A DNA stretch of 63,138 bases, counting the filler. It is 14 parts of 14 records of this genome, joined end to end, with 100 filler letters (N's around TTAATTAATTAA, not from the genome) between each part and the next. Parts side by side here need not be neighbours in the genome. Positions count along the whole stretch, not along the records: positions 1 to 3,279 come from SRR15195285_10859; positions 3,380 to 6,665 come from SRR15195285_10868; positions 6,766 to 15,362 come from SRR15195285_10886; 11 more parts are not named here. One strand, given 5' to 3'. The translations under genes were made by a program, and so were the position numbers. How positions within the stretch are numbered: the first letter of the stretch is position 1; the number at the start of each line of letters is the position of its first letter. Shown one piece after another: positions 1 through 12,052 of the stretch. The notes beneath the pieces are model-generated. The model had not been told where the DNA came from. It saw only the letters and a program-made list of their open reading frames with translations, and made no database searches.

Positions 1-3000
1 GCCGCCGCCGCCGCCGCCGCCGTCGCCGCTGTCGTCGCTGCCACTTTCACTCTCGGTGCCACCCTCGCTGATATAAGACTCATCGTCACTTTCGTCGCTG
101 TCATCACCGTCCTCGCCGTCTTCGCCGGCATCGGCGTACATCTGTTGCCGTTGCTCCATAATCGCGGCACATTTTGCGGCGATTGGCTCGAAAGCTTGCC
201 TGTTCAGCTTCAAGCACCTCGCACCGTTCGTCCCGCTGGCCCGCACATCTGCCTGCCGTTTTCCGTCTGTCAAAAGGGCCAGCTCGCCGAAGTAATCTCC
301 GTTCTCATACTCCATGACCTTTTCACCGTCCTTTTCTGCAACCGCCTGGCCCGTTTCGATCAGATACATGGCATCGCCACGTTCACCCACCCTAATAATA
401 AGCTGGCCACTGGCGAACTCCTCTGCCTCTAACACATTTGCGATCTGCGCTCGGTCCTGCTCTTGCAGATGCTGGAACAGTGGTACTGTACTCAGCATGC
501 GTTGCACACTGGCCTCACCGACCAAAAGCGCAGTGCCTCTGGACGATGTCATCGACACCCAGCCCTTTGCCATTCGTATCCGCTTTACGCCGTCTGATGT
601 AACAGACTCTTCGAGAACTTCGAAGACCTCCCCAGGCTCAAGCTTGCCAGCTTTTTCAGAGTCCATTTCAAGCCCTGCACGGATCTGAGAAGCCTTCAGC
701 GCACGAATCATGATGAGTCCGTCTCCACCACCCTGTTCTCGCATTTTTTCTATGTCTTCTGTGAGAGTGTCTGCCTCGTCGACTTCCTTTTCGATGTCGA
801 GCAGCTCAGCGAGCTCTTGCTCTGCTCCAACGAGGGTCTCAGCTTCCGGGTGCAAATGCTCCAAAGTTTCCGGCTCTGGCTCTAGGTCTGGCTCTGCTGC
901 GTTGGGGTCAACTTTCTTTACGAAGTAACCATCGTTGTTTTTCAGCGTGATCCACCCCTCCAGCTCAGCCTCACCTTTGCCAGCATGCAGCCTCACCCTT
1001 GTTTTTGAAACATGCAGCCGCGTTTTCATCGTGCCCTCAAACTTGGTGATGACTTGATCGACTGGAAACGTTTGCCCAAATGCGATAACACCGACTTCGT
1101 CAGAATCAAGCTGCTCAGACTTTCTCACAAAGACTCCATTTGATTCAACCACTCTGTACTCGCCACACATGTCGTCCTCCATAGTTTTCTTCGCTTTTTT
1201 CTCCTTCTTCTTTGCGAGAGAGAGACTCTGTGCAGTCTCTTGCATCAGTTCGATCAGCTGATGTCCGGCATCATTCTGTACGACAAACTTCAAGGTGGCT
1301 GGGCCCCGTTCATCTTTCTTCTTCTTTATGTTGCGGTCAATGCTGAACGTGCCGTTGAGGCCCTCCTCCGCGTCGTCGGGAGTAAAATTCCACGACTTCA
1401 TCTCACTGAAGCGAATGGTGTCTAGTGGCCGTAATCCCTCGAATATCAGCACGCCCATACCACTCACACTAAGCTTCAACGATTTGGCAGCCTTCTTGTT
1501 GTACATGCTCCCTTTTACCTGTGTAACGCTAAACTCAACATTCCCAACGGGTTGCGGAGAGGGTGAATCGGCCTCGCTACGAGTGTCTATGCTGCCTTCA
1601 TCCGTATCTGCAGCCTCGACCATAACAGCCTGCGCACTCGTAGCGACCGCGGCATCTCCACTCTGAGCATCCCCGTCATGGTCAACCTTTAGCGCGACAG
1701 GACCGTCAATGTTCTTCAGCGTGATCCATCCTTCCAATTCGATACGGCTGCCGTTGCGCTGCTTTACATCGGATTGTGCGACGTGCAGCCGTGTTGTCAT
1801 TGTCCCCTCGTAATTTGTGATCACTCTATCGCAATTGACGACCTCTCCCTCCGCAATCACGCCAATGCAGCCGGAGTCCAGGGCTTCCGTGGAACAGACC
1901 TCCGCACCGTCTGCAGCTGCGATCAGGTACTTGCCCCGCATGGTTTCTTCTGCGTCTTTCCTCACCTGGAGTGCCGTTTGCTGCGCCTGCACCCACTGTT
2001 TCCAGTTTTCCGTCATGACCCGCTCAGCTTCGGAACCAGATTTGCAGTTGGAGAGCTTTAACGTCCGTGCTTTCTTTCCATCGGTCACCTTTACTTCGAA
2101 GACATGTTTCTTAGAATCAAATGACCACGTATCAATCATTGAATACAAAAAAGAGTCTACTTTTTTGTCTCCGTCTAGCACACGAATGCCCTGTCCACCA
2201 ACGCTGAGCACCTGCTTGCCACACTCGAATTCTCTGTTGCCCTGTTGCACCGTCTCCTTGGCTGCGGTAGTTGGAGAGGCCGGTTCCTCCACCTCTCCTT
2301 CCTCCACCTTCATTTGAGCCGCTGCTTCAGCCGCAATCTGATCTAGTTCCTGCTCAGATACGCGCCGCAGCAAACGCTCGCCGCCTCTAGCCATTGTGCT
2401 AGTCCAACCCAATTCAAACCGGACACGCATAGTACCGGATTCTAAAAGTTTCGCTTCGAGAACCTCAATATACGTGCCCTTACGGACGGAGCCCACCTCC
2501 TCAGAGTCTAAATCGACTGTCTTACGAACCATACATGTCGTGGTAGACTTCAGAGTTAGTCCTACAAGCTGCACTGGATCGTCCTCCAATCCTTCTGTCA
2601 TCCTCATCTTGAGCTGTTTTTTCTTCTCCATAACAAGTTGACCCGACTCGAGGTGCATAGCTTCGGCTATTTGTGATGCCAGATCTTCGCCAACTTGCAA
2701 TAGGTTGAACTCTTCACTGGCGCCCTGGACTCGTTCCTGGCCTGCTGACTTCTGATGAGTGATGATAAGAACGTCGTTATCATCATCGAAGGTCCATGAG
2801 TACAGCTGCGCATACAGTAGAGTTTCTGGCGCGACACCTGGGGCAAGTACTTGCAGCCCCATTGGCCCTACTTGTAGGTGCACCCTCTTTGAACCCCTCT
2901 TGGCGGCGTAAGTTTTAGCGTCACCACTGATTCGCTGCAGGAGAATTTTACCTTTCGACGTCTGCATTTTAATCCAGCCACCAGACTGTGACCCAGCTGG

Positions 3001-3279
3001 AGCAGTAGTAGTCTTCAGCATCACCAACCCATCATCTTCTACTTTTGCGACAACGTCTATAATATCTCCTTTCTGGTGCTCGCCAAGTTTTGCTGCGCTC
3101 GAATGCGGACCATCTCTGACTGTTGCACTGGCAAGGACCATGTACTTACCGTTGGACATCATCGGGTCAGCATCTACTGGATGCAGTGTCTGCTGAAGCA
3201 TTTGGCGTGCAGTCGCAACTGCGGTCTGAGTGAGGTCAGCAGTCTGCTTTGCTGCCTCTTTCGCCTCCGCATCGGATTT
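1..3279 (-). CDS. Partial (open at both ends) multidomain signalling protein: about 5 SH3b-like domains, about 3 PH/PTB-like domains and a C-terminal cyclic-nucleotide-binding domain
   Basis: Manual translation of the minus strand from 3279 (KSDAEAKEAAK...); missing from the ORF track because the frame runs off the window without a stop. SH3b-like units such as ATVRDGPHSSAAKLGEHQKGDIIDV..GWI and SQIRAGLEMDSEKAGKLEPGEVFEVLEE..GWVS. cNMP motif VPLFQHL..IIRVGERGDAMYLIETG..GDYFGELALL..RQADVRA at about 150-490. Confidence 0.8.
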
Positions 3280-3379
3280 NNNNNNNNNNNNNNNNNNNNN
3301 NNNNNNNNNNNNNNNNNNNNNNNTTAATTAATTAANNNNNNNNNNNNNNNNNNNNNNNNNNNNNNNNNNNNNNNNNNNN
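3280..3379. other. Artificial contig spacer N44-TTAATTAATTAA-N44; identical copies at 6666, 15363, 20163, 23397, 28075, 34384, 37524, 42495, 46216, 50860, 55544 and 58980
   Basis: Same 100-nt structure 13 times; TTAATTAATTAA places stops in all six frames; genes are truncated at the spacers. Confidence 0.98.
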
Positions 3380-3389
3380 GCTGGTGCAG

Positions 3390-4301
3390 AATATGCTTTC
3401 AAGGCGATCCGGACGGCGGGCTTGACCTCGGTGGGGGTGCGTGGCGTGGACAGCGTGGCGATCGTGACGCAGAAGAAAGTGCCGGTGCGTGTGACATGAT
3501 CCACCGCCCAGCCCCTTGATCCAGCTCGCGTGTGCTGCGCCCCTCGACGGCTGTCTCACTGCAGCGCGCTGGACTGCTCCAGGATAAGCTCATTGAGCCG
3601 TCCAGCGTGACCAGCGTGTACAAGCTGTCGCCGACCATCGGCTGCATCGCGACCGGACTCAACCCGGACGCGCGCTCGCAAATCCAGAAGGCTCGGCAAG
3701 AGTGTGCTGATTTCAAACACACCTACGCGTACGATATCCCGCCGGCGTACCTGGCAGGACGGATGGCAGACCAGAACCAGGTCTACACGCAGCACGCTTA
3801 CATGCGCCCGATGGGTGTCTGTACGTTGCCCACAGCGTCTTGTGCTTGGTCGGCGTGCTTTTTCTAACTGCTCGGGAATTGCGCTGTGCAGCGTTGACCA
3901 TTGCCGGAATTGACGAGGAGCTAGGCCCGCAGCTGTACAAATGCGACCCTGCAGGGTACTTTGCCGGCTACCAGGCGTGCGCTGCAGGCGCGAAAGAGGA
4001 CGAAGCCATGAACTTTCTGGAGAAGCAGTTCAAAAAGGAAGGACAGGAGGAACTAACAGAGGAGAAAACTATCCAGGTATAGTCCCGCCGCCCCGCTCAG
4101 CCGCGCTAGAGCTCGTTGGCTTACTGTGGTTTGTTCGTTGTCGTGCAGCTTGCGATCCACGCGTTGCAGTCAGTGCTCGCGGCAGAGTTCAAACCGAGTG
4201 AGATCCAGGTCGGTGTGGTCACGACTGCGGACCCGAAGTTCAGGGAGCTCGAGGAGGACGTGATCGAGAGACACTTGACGAGCATCTCGGAGCGCGACTA
4301 G
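3390..4301 (+). CDS. PSMA6: 20S proteasome subunit alpha-1 (alpha type-6), 5'-partial, 4 visible exons (about 3390-3484, 3582-3820, 3892-4076, 4149-4301)
   Basis: Spliced product [95 protein letters not shown] introns restore the frame. Confidence 0.95.
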
Positions 4302-4422
4302 TGCTGGCAGCATGAAGAGTGAAATCAATCGGACGCTACATTTTGCCGCAGTCCATCGCACCCGTTGGCGCCATGCTTTGCCACCAGAACTAGTGACCTA
4401 ACGACCCATGTCCCAGCTGGCT

Positions 4423-6665
4423 TTATACGTCGACGTCGGTCGCCCACGGTTGTTTCGCATCGTACCACCATGTCATTGCAGTCCCGTCGTCACTGCACGT
4501 CGCCAGCAGCGACTGGTTCTCGTTCCACTTCGCGTGATACACAACGTCCGAGTGCCCCCGAAGCCTACTCAGCAGCTTGCCAGTACCAAGATCCCATATG
4601 TAGACCAGGCCGTCTTCGGATCCGCCCACCACAAGGCCTTCTCGCCCCCCAGACTCACCGACGCCCCCGTTGTCAGCTCCTGCCGAATGTGTGGGCCCGA
4701 AGGATGCTCTGCCAAAATTCTTGGTTGAGTTCTGGTGACCCTTCAGGGTTCTCCACAGATGCGGTCTCATCATCCTGACATCCCACAGCCGATGGGAATT
4801 GTCTTTCGACGAAGACAGCAAGAGTGTTCCGGCCGCATTCATCTCGACATTGCTCACCTCACCTACGGGAGTGACGTGCGCACATGGCGGCAGTTAGGGT
4901 CCAGCAACTGCTCAAGAGCGATCGCACAAACGAACGGGTGAGCGATACAGGTAGCAGTGCAGTGCTACAGACACGCACCGAGATGCTTTTTCAGTGTTTG
5001 TATGCAGACCCCTGAAGTCAAGTCCCAGATCCTTAGTGTCGCGTCCTTGGAACCGGTAATCACTAACTTGCCCTGCAACCAGTCCAACATGCAAACCCTG
5101 TCAGAAGGAATGCTGCAGTAAATTTGAATCGAGGTGTGCCAGCCGCGAATCACGGAGCCTGTTACACTAGGGACTCACATGCGGAGAAAAGACAGCGCGG
5201 CTGACTAGAGCCTGGTGACCCTCAAAGGTCTTGATGGCGGCGCCGCCTCTGGCGACGTCGTACAGACGGACAACCTTGTCGTAGCCGCCGCTCACCAGCT
5301 GTCGGCCATCAGGATGGAAGCTCACGCTGTAGGTATCGGTTTTCCCACCAGACAGGGTGTCGACCCAGCCCCATTCTGGCTGATCCAGCATGTCTGAGGG
5401 TCCGGATTCTGCCTGCACAGCCGCCTGCGGAGGATCATGGCACACAGTGTCAGCGCACACCGACAGCCAATGTGAGCCTACGACAACATGGTGAAACTGG
5501 TGCTAGGGTACGATGCGGATGCGTGCGTACACCACGGCGCCAGACTCTGATGGTGCCATCCGCAGACGCGGAAGCCAATGCGTCGCCGGAGTGTGTGGCC
5601 GCAAGGTCCCTGCAACAGCAAGCAGGAGTAAAACCTTGTCAGCACCCTCATCTTTCAACCAGTCGACAACTAGTTGTCGAGTGTGCCCACACTGAGAGCT
5701 ACGGAATGCGTTTAGGTCCGTCTATGTGGTGTAGGTCATCGTCGACACCCACCATATACGGGACTGGTGCCCCTCCAACGTTTGGATCGGCCTGGCAGTC
5801 GTGGTCTCCCATAGTCGCACAGTGTTGTCGCTGCCGCCCGTAGCCAACGTAGCCCCTGTCGAGCCCACGAACTCCAAGCACTTCACGTTGCGTGTGTGTC
5901 CAACAAAGCGCTGACGACGGGCATTCGGCACTACGAACGTGCGGTAGTCTTCAAGCAGTGAAATTATGCGCGGTGTGGTATTGGGGTGATAGCGATTCTG
6001 CGCGATCTGGTGCTCCACGGCCTGGGACAGGAGCGAGGTGAGGCGGTTGGGCGGCACCGGCGCAGCGAGCCCTCGGGCGTCCGGGAGGTTGTCTCCTTCA
6101 AACTCAAAGAGTACGCTGTGAAACTGGTCGATCAGCTTCTCGCGACTGGACATCACACCTTCCCAGTCACGACAGGACGGCACATCCATGATGGATTTGC
6201 AGGTCAGCAGGTAGCACAAGTCTTTGAACTCCTGCTGCGTAGCGCCCATGTTCTCGAGCGGTTTGAGGCGACGTGAGAGCAGCTGGAAGGCCTTTTGATA
6301 CTCCTGTTTGTCAACCAGCTCGAGGTACTGCTGCTTGTAGATCGCGTAGAGCAGGCTCTTGTAGCCCTTGACGCTTGAACGAGCGCAGAGCTTCTCGACT
6401 TCCGTCCAGTCGCCCACAAGGATCGAGTTCCGCATCCGCTTAAACAAAGCGCGACGGTTCAGCTTCTCCTTCGTCTTCACGTTCGCCTCGTCCTGCAGCG
6501 TCATGACACTGGCGACGTAACCCTCGTTCTGCAGATACTGGATCACCATGCGCAGGATGTCCTCCTTGATGCGGGGCGCCGTCGTATCAAACACCGCCGC
6601 ATCATTCGCCACGCTCGGCGCTCCGACATACCGCGCCGAGGTGGCCAGCTCACCCACCGACTGCA
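4423..6665 (-). CDS. LisH-CTLH-WD40 repeat protein (WDR26/SMU1/TOPLESS-like architecture), multi-exon, probably 5'-partial
   Basis: LisH EDILRMVIQYLQNEGY, CTLH RNSILVGDWTEVEKL, VPPNRLTSLLSQAV, then WD repeats (GHTRNVKCLEF..VRLWE, GHQALVSRAVFSP, GHSDVVYHAKWN) over several exons. Confidence 0.85.
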
Positions 6666-6765
6666 NNNNNNNNNNNNNNNNNNNNNNNNNNNNNNNNNNN
6701 NNNNNNNNNTTAATTAATTAANNNNNNNNNNNNNNNNNNNNNNNNNNNNNNNNNNNNNNNNNNNN

Positions 6766-9700
6766 CAGCGATATGTCTGATGCCGACTCTGTTGTTGAAG
6801 GTTCATGTAGCGTCTGTACTGGGCCGATGCTTAGTGAATGTCTCAGTAGTACGTGTGCTGATGGATACGCTTCCTACATGTCGGGTCCAACTGGTGGCTT
6901 CTGCTGCAATGATTTTGGTAGCGTTTGGTCGGTACTCAATGGGTCATGCACGTCATGCGACTCTGACCAGGTAAACGAATGTAGCTCAGCGACGTGTGCT
7001 GAAGGGTTTGCGAATTTTATCCCAAGCAGAGGCTTCTGCTGCAATGACTTTTCGATGGAGCCATCAGTAGTGGAAGGATCATGTACCCAGTGTGATGGAG
7101 ACCAACCTGCAGACTGCATCACTGCAACCTGTGCGGATGGCTATGCGCCTAATTCTTTCAACGATGGCGTGTGTGAGCCTTGTGCTTCCTTCACGACAGT
7201 TGCTTCCGTCGAAGACAATTCGTGCAGCATGTGCAACGGTTCTGCGACAACAGATTGTCTTGTCGCTGTCTGTGCACCTGGGTACCACTCATACGCTGGA
7301 GGGGAATGTTGCATTGAGGTCACTGAAACACGTGTGGGCGCGGCATGTGCATGCAGTGTAGGATATAGTTTTAAAGCAGGGTGCACCGCGAATGCACCAT
7401 GTCCTGCTGGCACCCAGCAAGCTGAAGATTGTCCTTCGTGCGAGCCAGGCAAGATTTCACAGGCCGGTGGGCAATGTGAATCCTGCGAAATTGGAAAGGT
7501 ACCGAACGACGGGCATAGCGTGTGCGAGGCCTGTCCTTTAGGAAAACAAGCAGATCCGGTGTTTCACAATTGCACCCAATGCCCCCGTGGAACTGTGCGT
7601 TCTACGCAAACAGAATGTAGCCCTTGTGCATCTGGCACAGTCCCAGATGGTGCACAGATCTTGTGCCAGACGTGCCCGGCTGGCTCTGAGGCAAGCCTAA
7701 CCAACTGTACACGTTGCTCCACAGGCAAGAAAAGTACGGAGGGTCAGACCTGCGACCAGTGCGATGCTGGTAGCGTGCCAAATCTCGCGCAATCTGCTTG
7801 TGAAATGTGTCCATCAGGCACAGAAGTGTCGTTAGACCGAAGCAACTGTACTCAATGCGCGCAAGGTCAGCGATCGAACGGCGTACGGTGTATTTCTTGT
7901 GAGCCAGGAACAATCGTGAGCCCTGACAGGTCTACTTGTAATATGTGTCCTGTCGGACAGACTTCTCTTGACAATGAAAATTGCACCCAGTGTTCAGTTG
8001 GTACAGTCAGATCTACAGGACAGTTCTGTGAAAGGTGTGGTGGGGAGCAAATCACAACCGCCGACCAATCACTCTGCATAAGCTGTCCAATCGGATTTGA
8101 GCCGAATGGCAATCAGTCTAACTGCACTCAGTGTGCCAGTGGAAAGGTTAGTGCTGGCGACAAATGCGAGTTCTGCGATGCAGGAGAGGTTCCACATGTA
8201 TCGCAGTCAATGTGCCAATCATGTCCACCTGGTAGTATCCCAGACGCTGAACGGACGTCTTGCACATGTGAAAAAGGGTTTTATGACACTTCCAAAAACC
8301 CAATAGTGGATTGCTTCGACACGAACTACTACGATAAGGAACTTGCTCGTGACTCTGGTTGCACAGCTTGCCCGGCTTGTGTGAACTGTGACACGGCTAC
8401 ACCGGCCATACGTCATGGATATAAAACGTCTTATGTGAGGAAGAGCACAATCTGGGGAAACGAGGTCTCCGACAACGCAACAATGCTGCTGGCAGTTCTA
8501 AAGTGCCCCGTTGAAGGGGCGTGTCTTCCACATAATCTATCGTCTATTACGACCTCGCTTGATGACGATAGTTGCAAAGACGGTCACAGTGGACCGCTGT
8601 GCTTCATGTGCAACGAGGGCAACGCATCACATGCCGGATACCGGAAAGGGCCGAAAGGCACATGCAAAATATGTAAAAAAGAGGGATTGAATCCTCTGTT
8701 TTTGGTGCCGGTAGTACTTGTACTCATGTACTCGGCCTTCCGACACATCCTGGCGAATCGCCATAAGCATCGTTTTGACACGTTGCACCAGGCCAGAGAA
8801 CTGTTCTACGATCTTGATTTGGATGGATCAGGCGAAATCTCGCGACACGAAATGCAGCAATCCCTCAAGGTTTTAGGCCATAAAGTCGATAAACTCACAG
8901 CAATTCGCATTTTCGATCTCATTGACCTAGATAGATCCGGCGGCATCAATGTCCACGAGTTCGAGGCTTGGATGGATCACCACATCAGCCAGACAAAGAT
9001 CTACCGCATTGTAGCCAAGATTCTCTTTGGTCTGTTCCAAGTTCTGTCAAGGCAACCAGATACAGTCAAAGAGGAGTACCCGGGCGAACAGTGGGACAAT
9101 TTTAAGCTCTTCAGCTTTGACTTTTCGTGGTCGATGCCAGTGTGTTCTGTGAATTACTATCTGCGGTGGTTGTTCAATGCGTTCTTACTGCCACTTGGTC
9201 TTCTCGCTCTTGTGGAGTTCACATGGAAGACACAGGATGTCAACTGGAAGGCAGTCGCAACGTGCGGAAAGGAAAAACGACGCAATAGAGGAGTCACTCA
9301 CATGCAGAGCCCTGGGCTTGCTCATGGGCTGGAGGATGGTCACTTAACCGAGGATACTCTACGGGAAATATTCAGAGCTAGCTTAGCAGCCGAAACAAAC
9401 ACACCCATTCACAGCCTTCCTAAGGACATCACAAACGAAAAGATCAGCAGAGTCGAGATAGGCAACGTGCTTGCACGAGTCGGGAATAAACTGACAGAAG
9501 AACAGCTTGCGGACGTAATGCATCAGATGGATCAAGACCACGATGGGCGGGCGTCGCTCAGAGAGCTTGAGGAATGGCTGGAAATTGAAGATAGTTCAGA
9601 TGGCAACCAGAGCAGAGATGATGACAATCTCATGATGGACAGATATTTTGCGTTCTTCCTCTGCTGTCAGCTTCCAACCAAGTCAATCAGTTTGCTACAA

Positions 9701-11532
9701 TGCTATTACAGCGCGTGCTCATTCCCCTTCGGTGTCGCGCTGCTGACAAAGTGTGTGCCTGTTGCATTGCTTTTGCGACAGACCCAACCATGACGCAGAC
9801 ATAGTGCGCTAGATTCCATTGTTGGACCCCATCGTTGGATTTCGTGTGTTGGTACAGCACAGTAGGGTTTCTAACATTTTGCTCTGCACGAACAGTTTTG
9901 CACACTTCAATTGCCGAACACTCTCAAACGAGGAGACCGTGCTCGAGGCCGACTACTCTATACAGTGCTGGACTGGTAGTAGCTGGTGGTTTGTAGCTTT
10001 TTTGTCGGCCCTCGGTGCTCTTGTAGTTTCAATTGGTGCTCCGGGTGCTCTGTATTTGTACATGCGGCGTGACATGAATCAGCAACTAGAACAGGCAGAC
10101 CACTTGAAGAAAAGCCGAGTGGTGGCATACCGCGATTTCCACCGCAGCTGGGGCTACGTATGTGGGGAGTTCAAATCTGACGCCTACTATGCCGAGTGCG
10201 TTGATCTGGCTCGCAAACTCATGATGACTGGAGTCCTCACACTACTCGCTGTGAGTCTATATATTTATGCATCATCGTGCAAACCTGCACTTGATTGTCA
10301 GCACTTTGTGTGACTAACACGACGTGTATTTGGGGTCCAGCCTGGCACCGTGATCCAGTCCTTCTGCTCGGTGTTGTTAGCAATGGGTTTTCTCTGCGTG
10401 CAGATCAAGATCTGGCCCTACCCTCACGTAGGAGCGAACATGCTGAAAGCCTTTGCTGATCTGCAGATCTTTCTGGTAACACTAGTCGGATTGATATTAC
10501 GAATTAGTCCCTCTGAGCTTCAGAAGGACCCACTGTCCCGGGGATTTATCCTGTGCGCGCTGCAAGGCCAGAAATGCGGGCACGGAGAAGACCTCGACCC
10601 AAGTGCCATTGTAGAACAGACAGTTGCCGCGTCTTTCTATGGTGAGCACTGCCACAAAATGGAGGACTTGCTTGCACAGAGTATCTGGACCTGAAGCTGC
10701 CCAGCTTGTCTCTAGTTCCTGTGCTATAGTTTGACCAAAGTGCATTTGTACAGGTGACTTGCTTCTGCTATTGCTAGTGTTTACGCTTGTACCAGTCATT
10801 TGGAGTCTGTGGAACCACAACGACGTGCACACAGCACAGCGGTTCCTACTCAAGCTGGGCCATGTTACGGAAAAACGCACTGAGACTTCCGGTTGCGTAG
10901 CGAAACTCGTGAGGTTATGGGAACGAGTCTCTGGGAAAGCAACTGAACGCTCTGAGCTGATGCAGAAACGGAAACGAGTTGCAGATCTCAGGATGAGGAA
11001 GCAAAGATCAAAAGTCTCAACGATCAAGATAGAGGGTGATGCTTCGACCCTCGACATCCTTCAAGAGCAAATCTGTAGACACGCGATCATTGAGGCTTGC
11101 TGGCAGATTGTTGACAATACAGACATCACTAGGGTCGAACTTCCACAAGTGGCTCCGTCTCGCAGACCTTCTGCATCTTCTGGTGTTGACCAACAAGCAG
11201 GTTCGATTGTCGCCAGAATATTTTGCGTTAGCCATAACACAAAAGTGACACTAGACCAGGCTACCGACCAGGGCAAGTTGCTAGTGAACTTCCAGGATAA
11301 GGTACGGACAGCTGCGCTGGTGAGATACCACAAAGGTCGAATGCTTAGCCAAGTAGCTCAGCTGCAGCTAGCTGCTATCAAGCTTCAATCACAGGACTCC
11401 AAGGAACCCGACTCAAGTCAGAAAGACGATTCAGTGATGAGGGACGACGGAAGCAAACCAGCAACAGTTGCTGCAGATGATACCATTGCACCACCAGAAC
11501 TTGAGGCAAGCGCTGACGCAGCACGGCCATGA
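6766..11532 (+). CDS. Large Cys-rich (GCC2/GCC3, ephrin-receptor-like repeats) multipass membrane protein with two cytoplasmic EF-hand pairs; probably 5'-partial
   Basis: CxxCxxG repeats, CKDGHSGPLCFMC motif, TM helices, EF-hands DLDGSGEISRHE, DLDRSGGINVHE, DQDHDGRASLRE, membrane-domain motifs LEADYSIQC and YYAECVDLARKL. Introns about 9666-9781, 9804-9895, 10251-10340, 10642-10753. Confidence 0.8.
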
Positions 11533-12052
11533 TACCAAGCTTTGCGCGATGCCAAGCTTTGCGTGGCTCCGCCGTACGAACAGAATGACAGCTGCAAATC
11601 ATTGGGTAGTAACTCGCAGCTTCATCAACAACGATTTCTCAACTTCGTCCCGATTGCTCAAGTGTCTCGGCCAAACATCATCGCGAGATCGCAGCTATAC
11701 GAGTCTATTTCAACCCTAAAGCATTTGCGAAATTCACCCCATGTCAAAATTACAGATATATCTGGTTCTGTGTCACCGGTTTGTGGCGGTTGTTGCTTAC
11801 GCATTAGCAACAACCGCCACAAACCGCTACTGCACAGACTAGTCGGTAGATCGCCCAAACTATCTTGCAGTGCAAGTGGAAAATCATCTCGTGCATTTTG
11901 TATTAGCGCAACACAGAACACACTAACTACAGGATGGTGCCAAGTTATACTCGTAGTTACAAGGTACGTGCAGCAATTCGAATGTGCCTCCTTCCAAGGC
12001 CAGCCAGCCAGATCCGAACCAAGCTGCCTGGTTGAGGATTAGACGCTCTAGG

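Noticed and set aside
145-3327. Plus-strand ORFs in contig 1
   Set aside because: Antisense shadows of the real minus-strand gene.
3280-3379. Regularly repeated TTAATTAATTAA palindrome
   Set aside because: Artificial six-frame-stop linker inside N padding, not biological.
9666-9895. Possible stop-codon readthrough or alternative genetic code
   Set aside because: Interruptions are explained by GT-AG introns; long ORFs end in standard stops.
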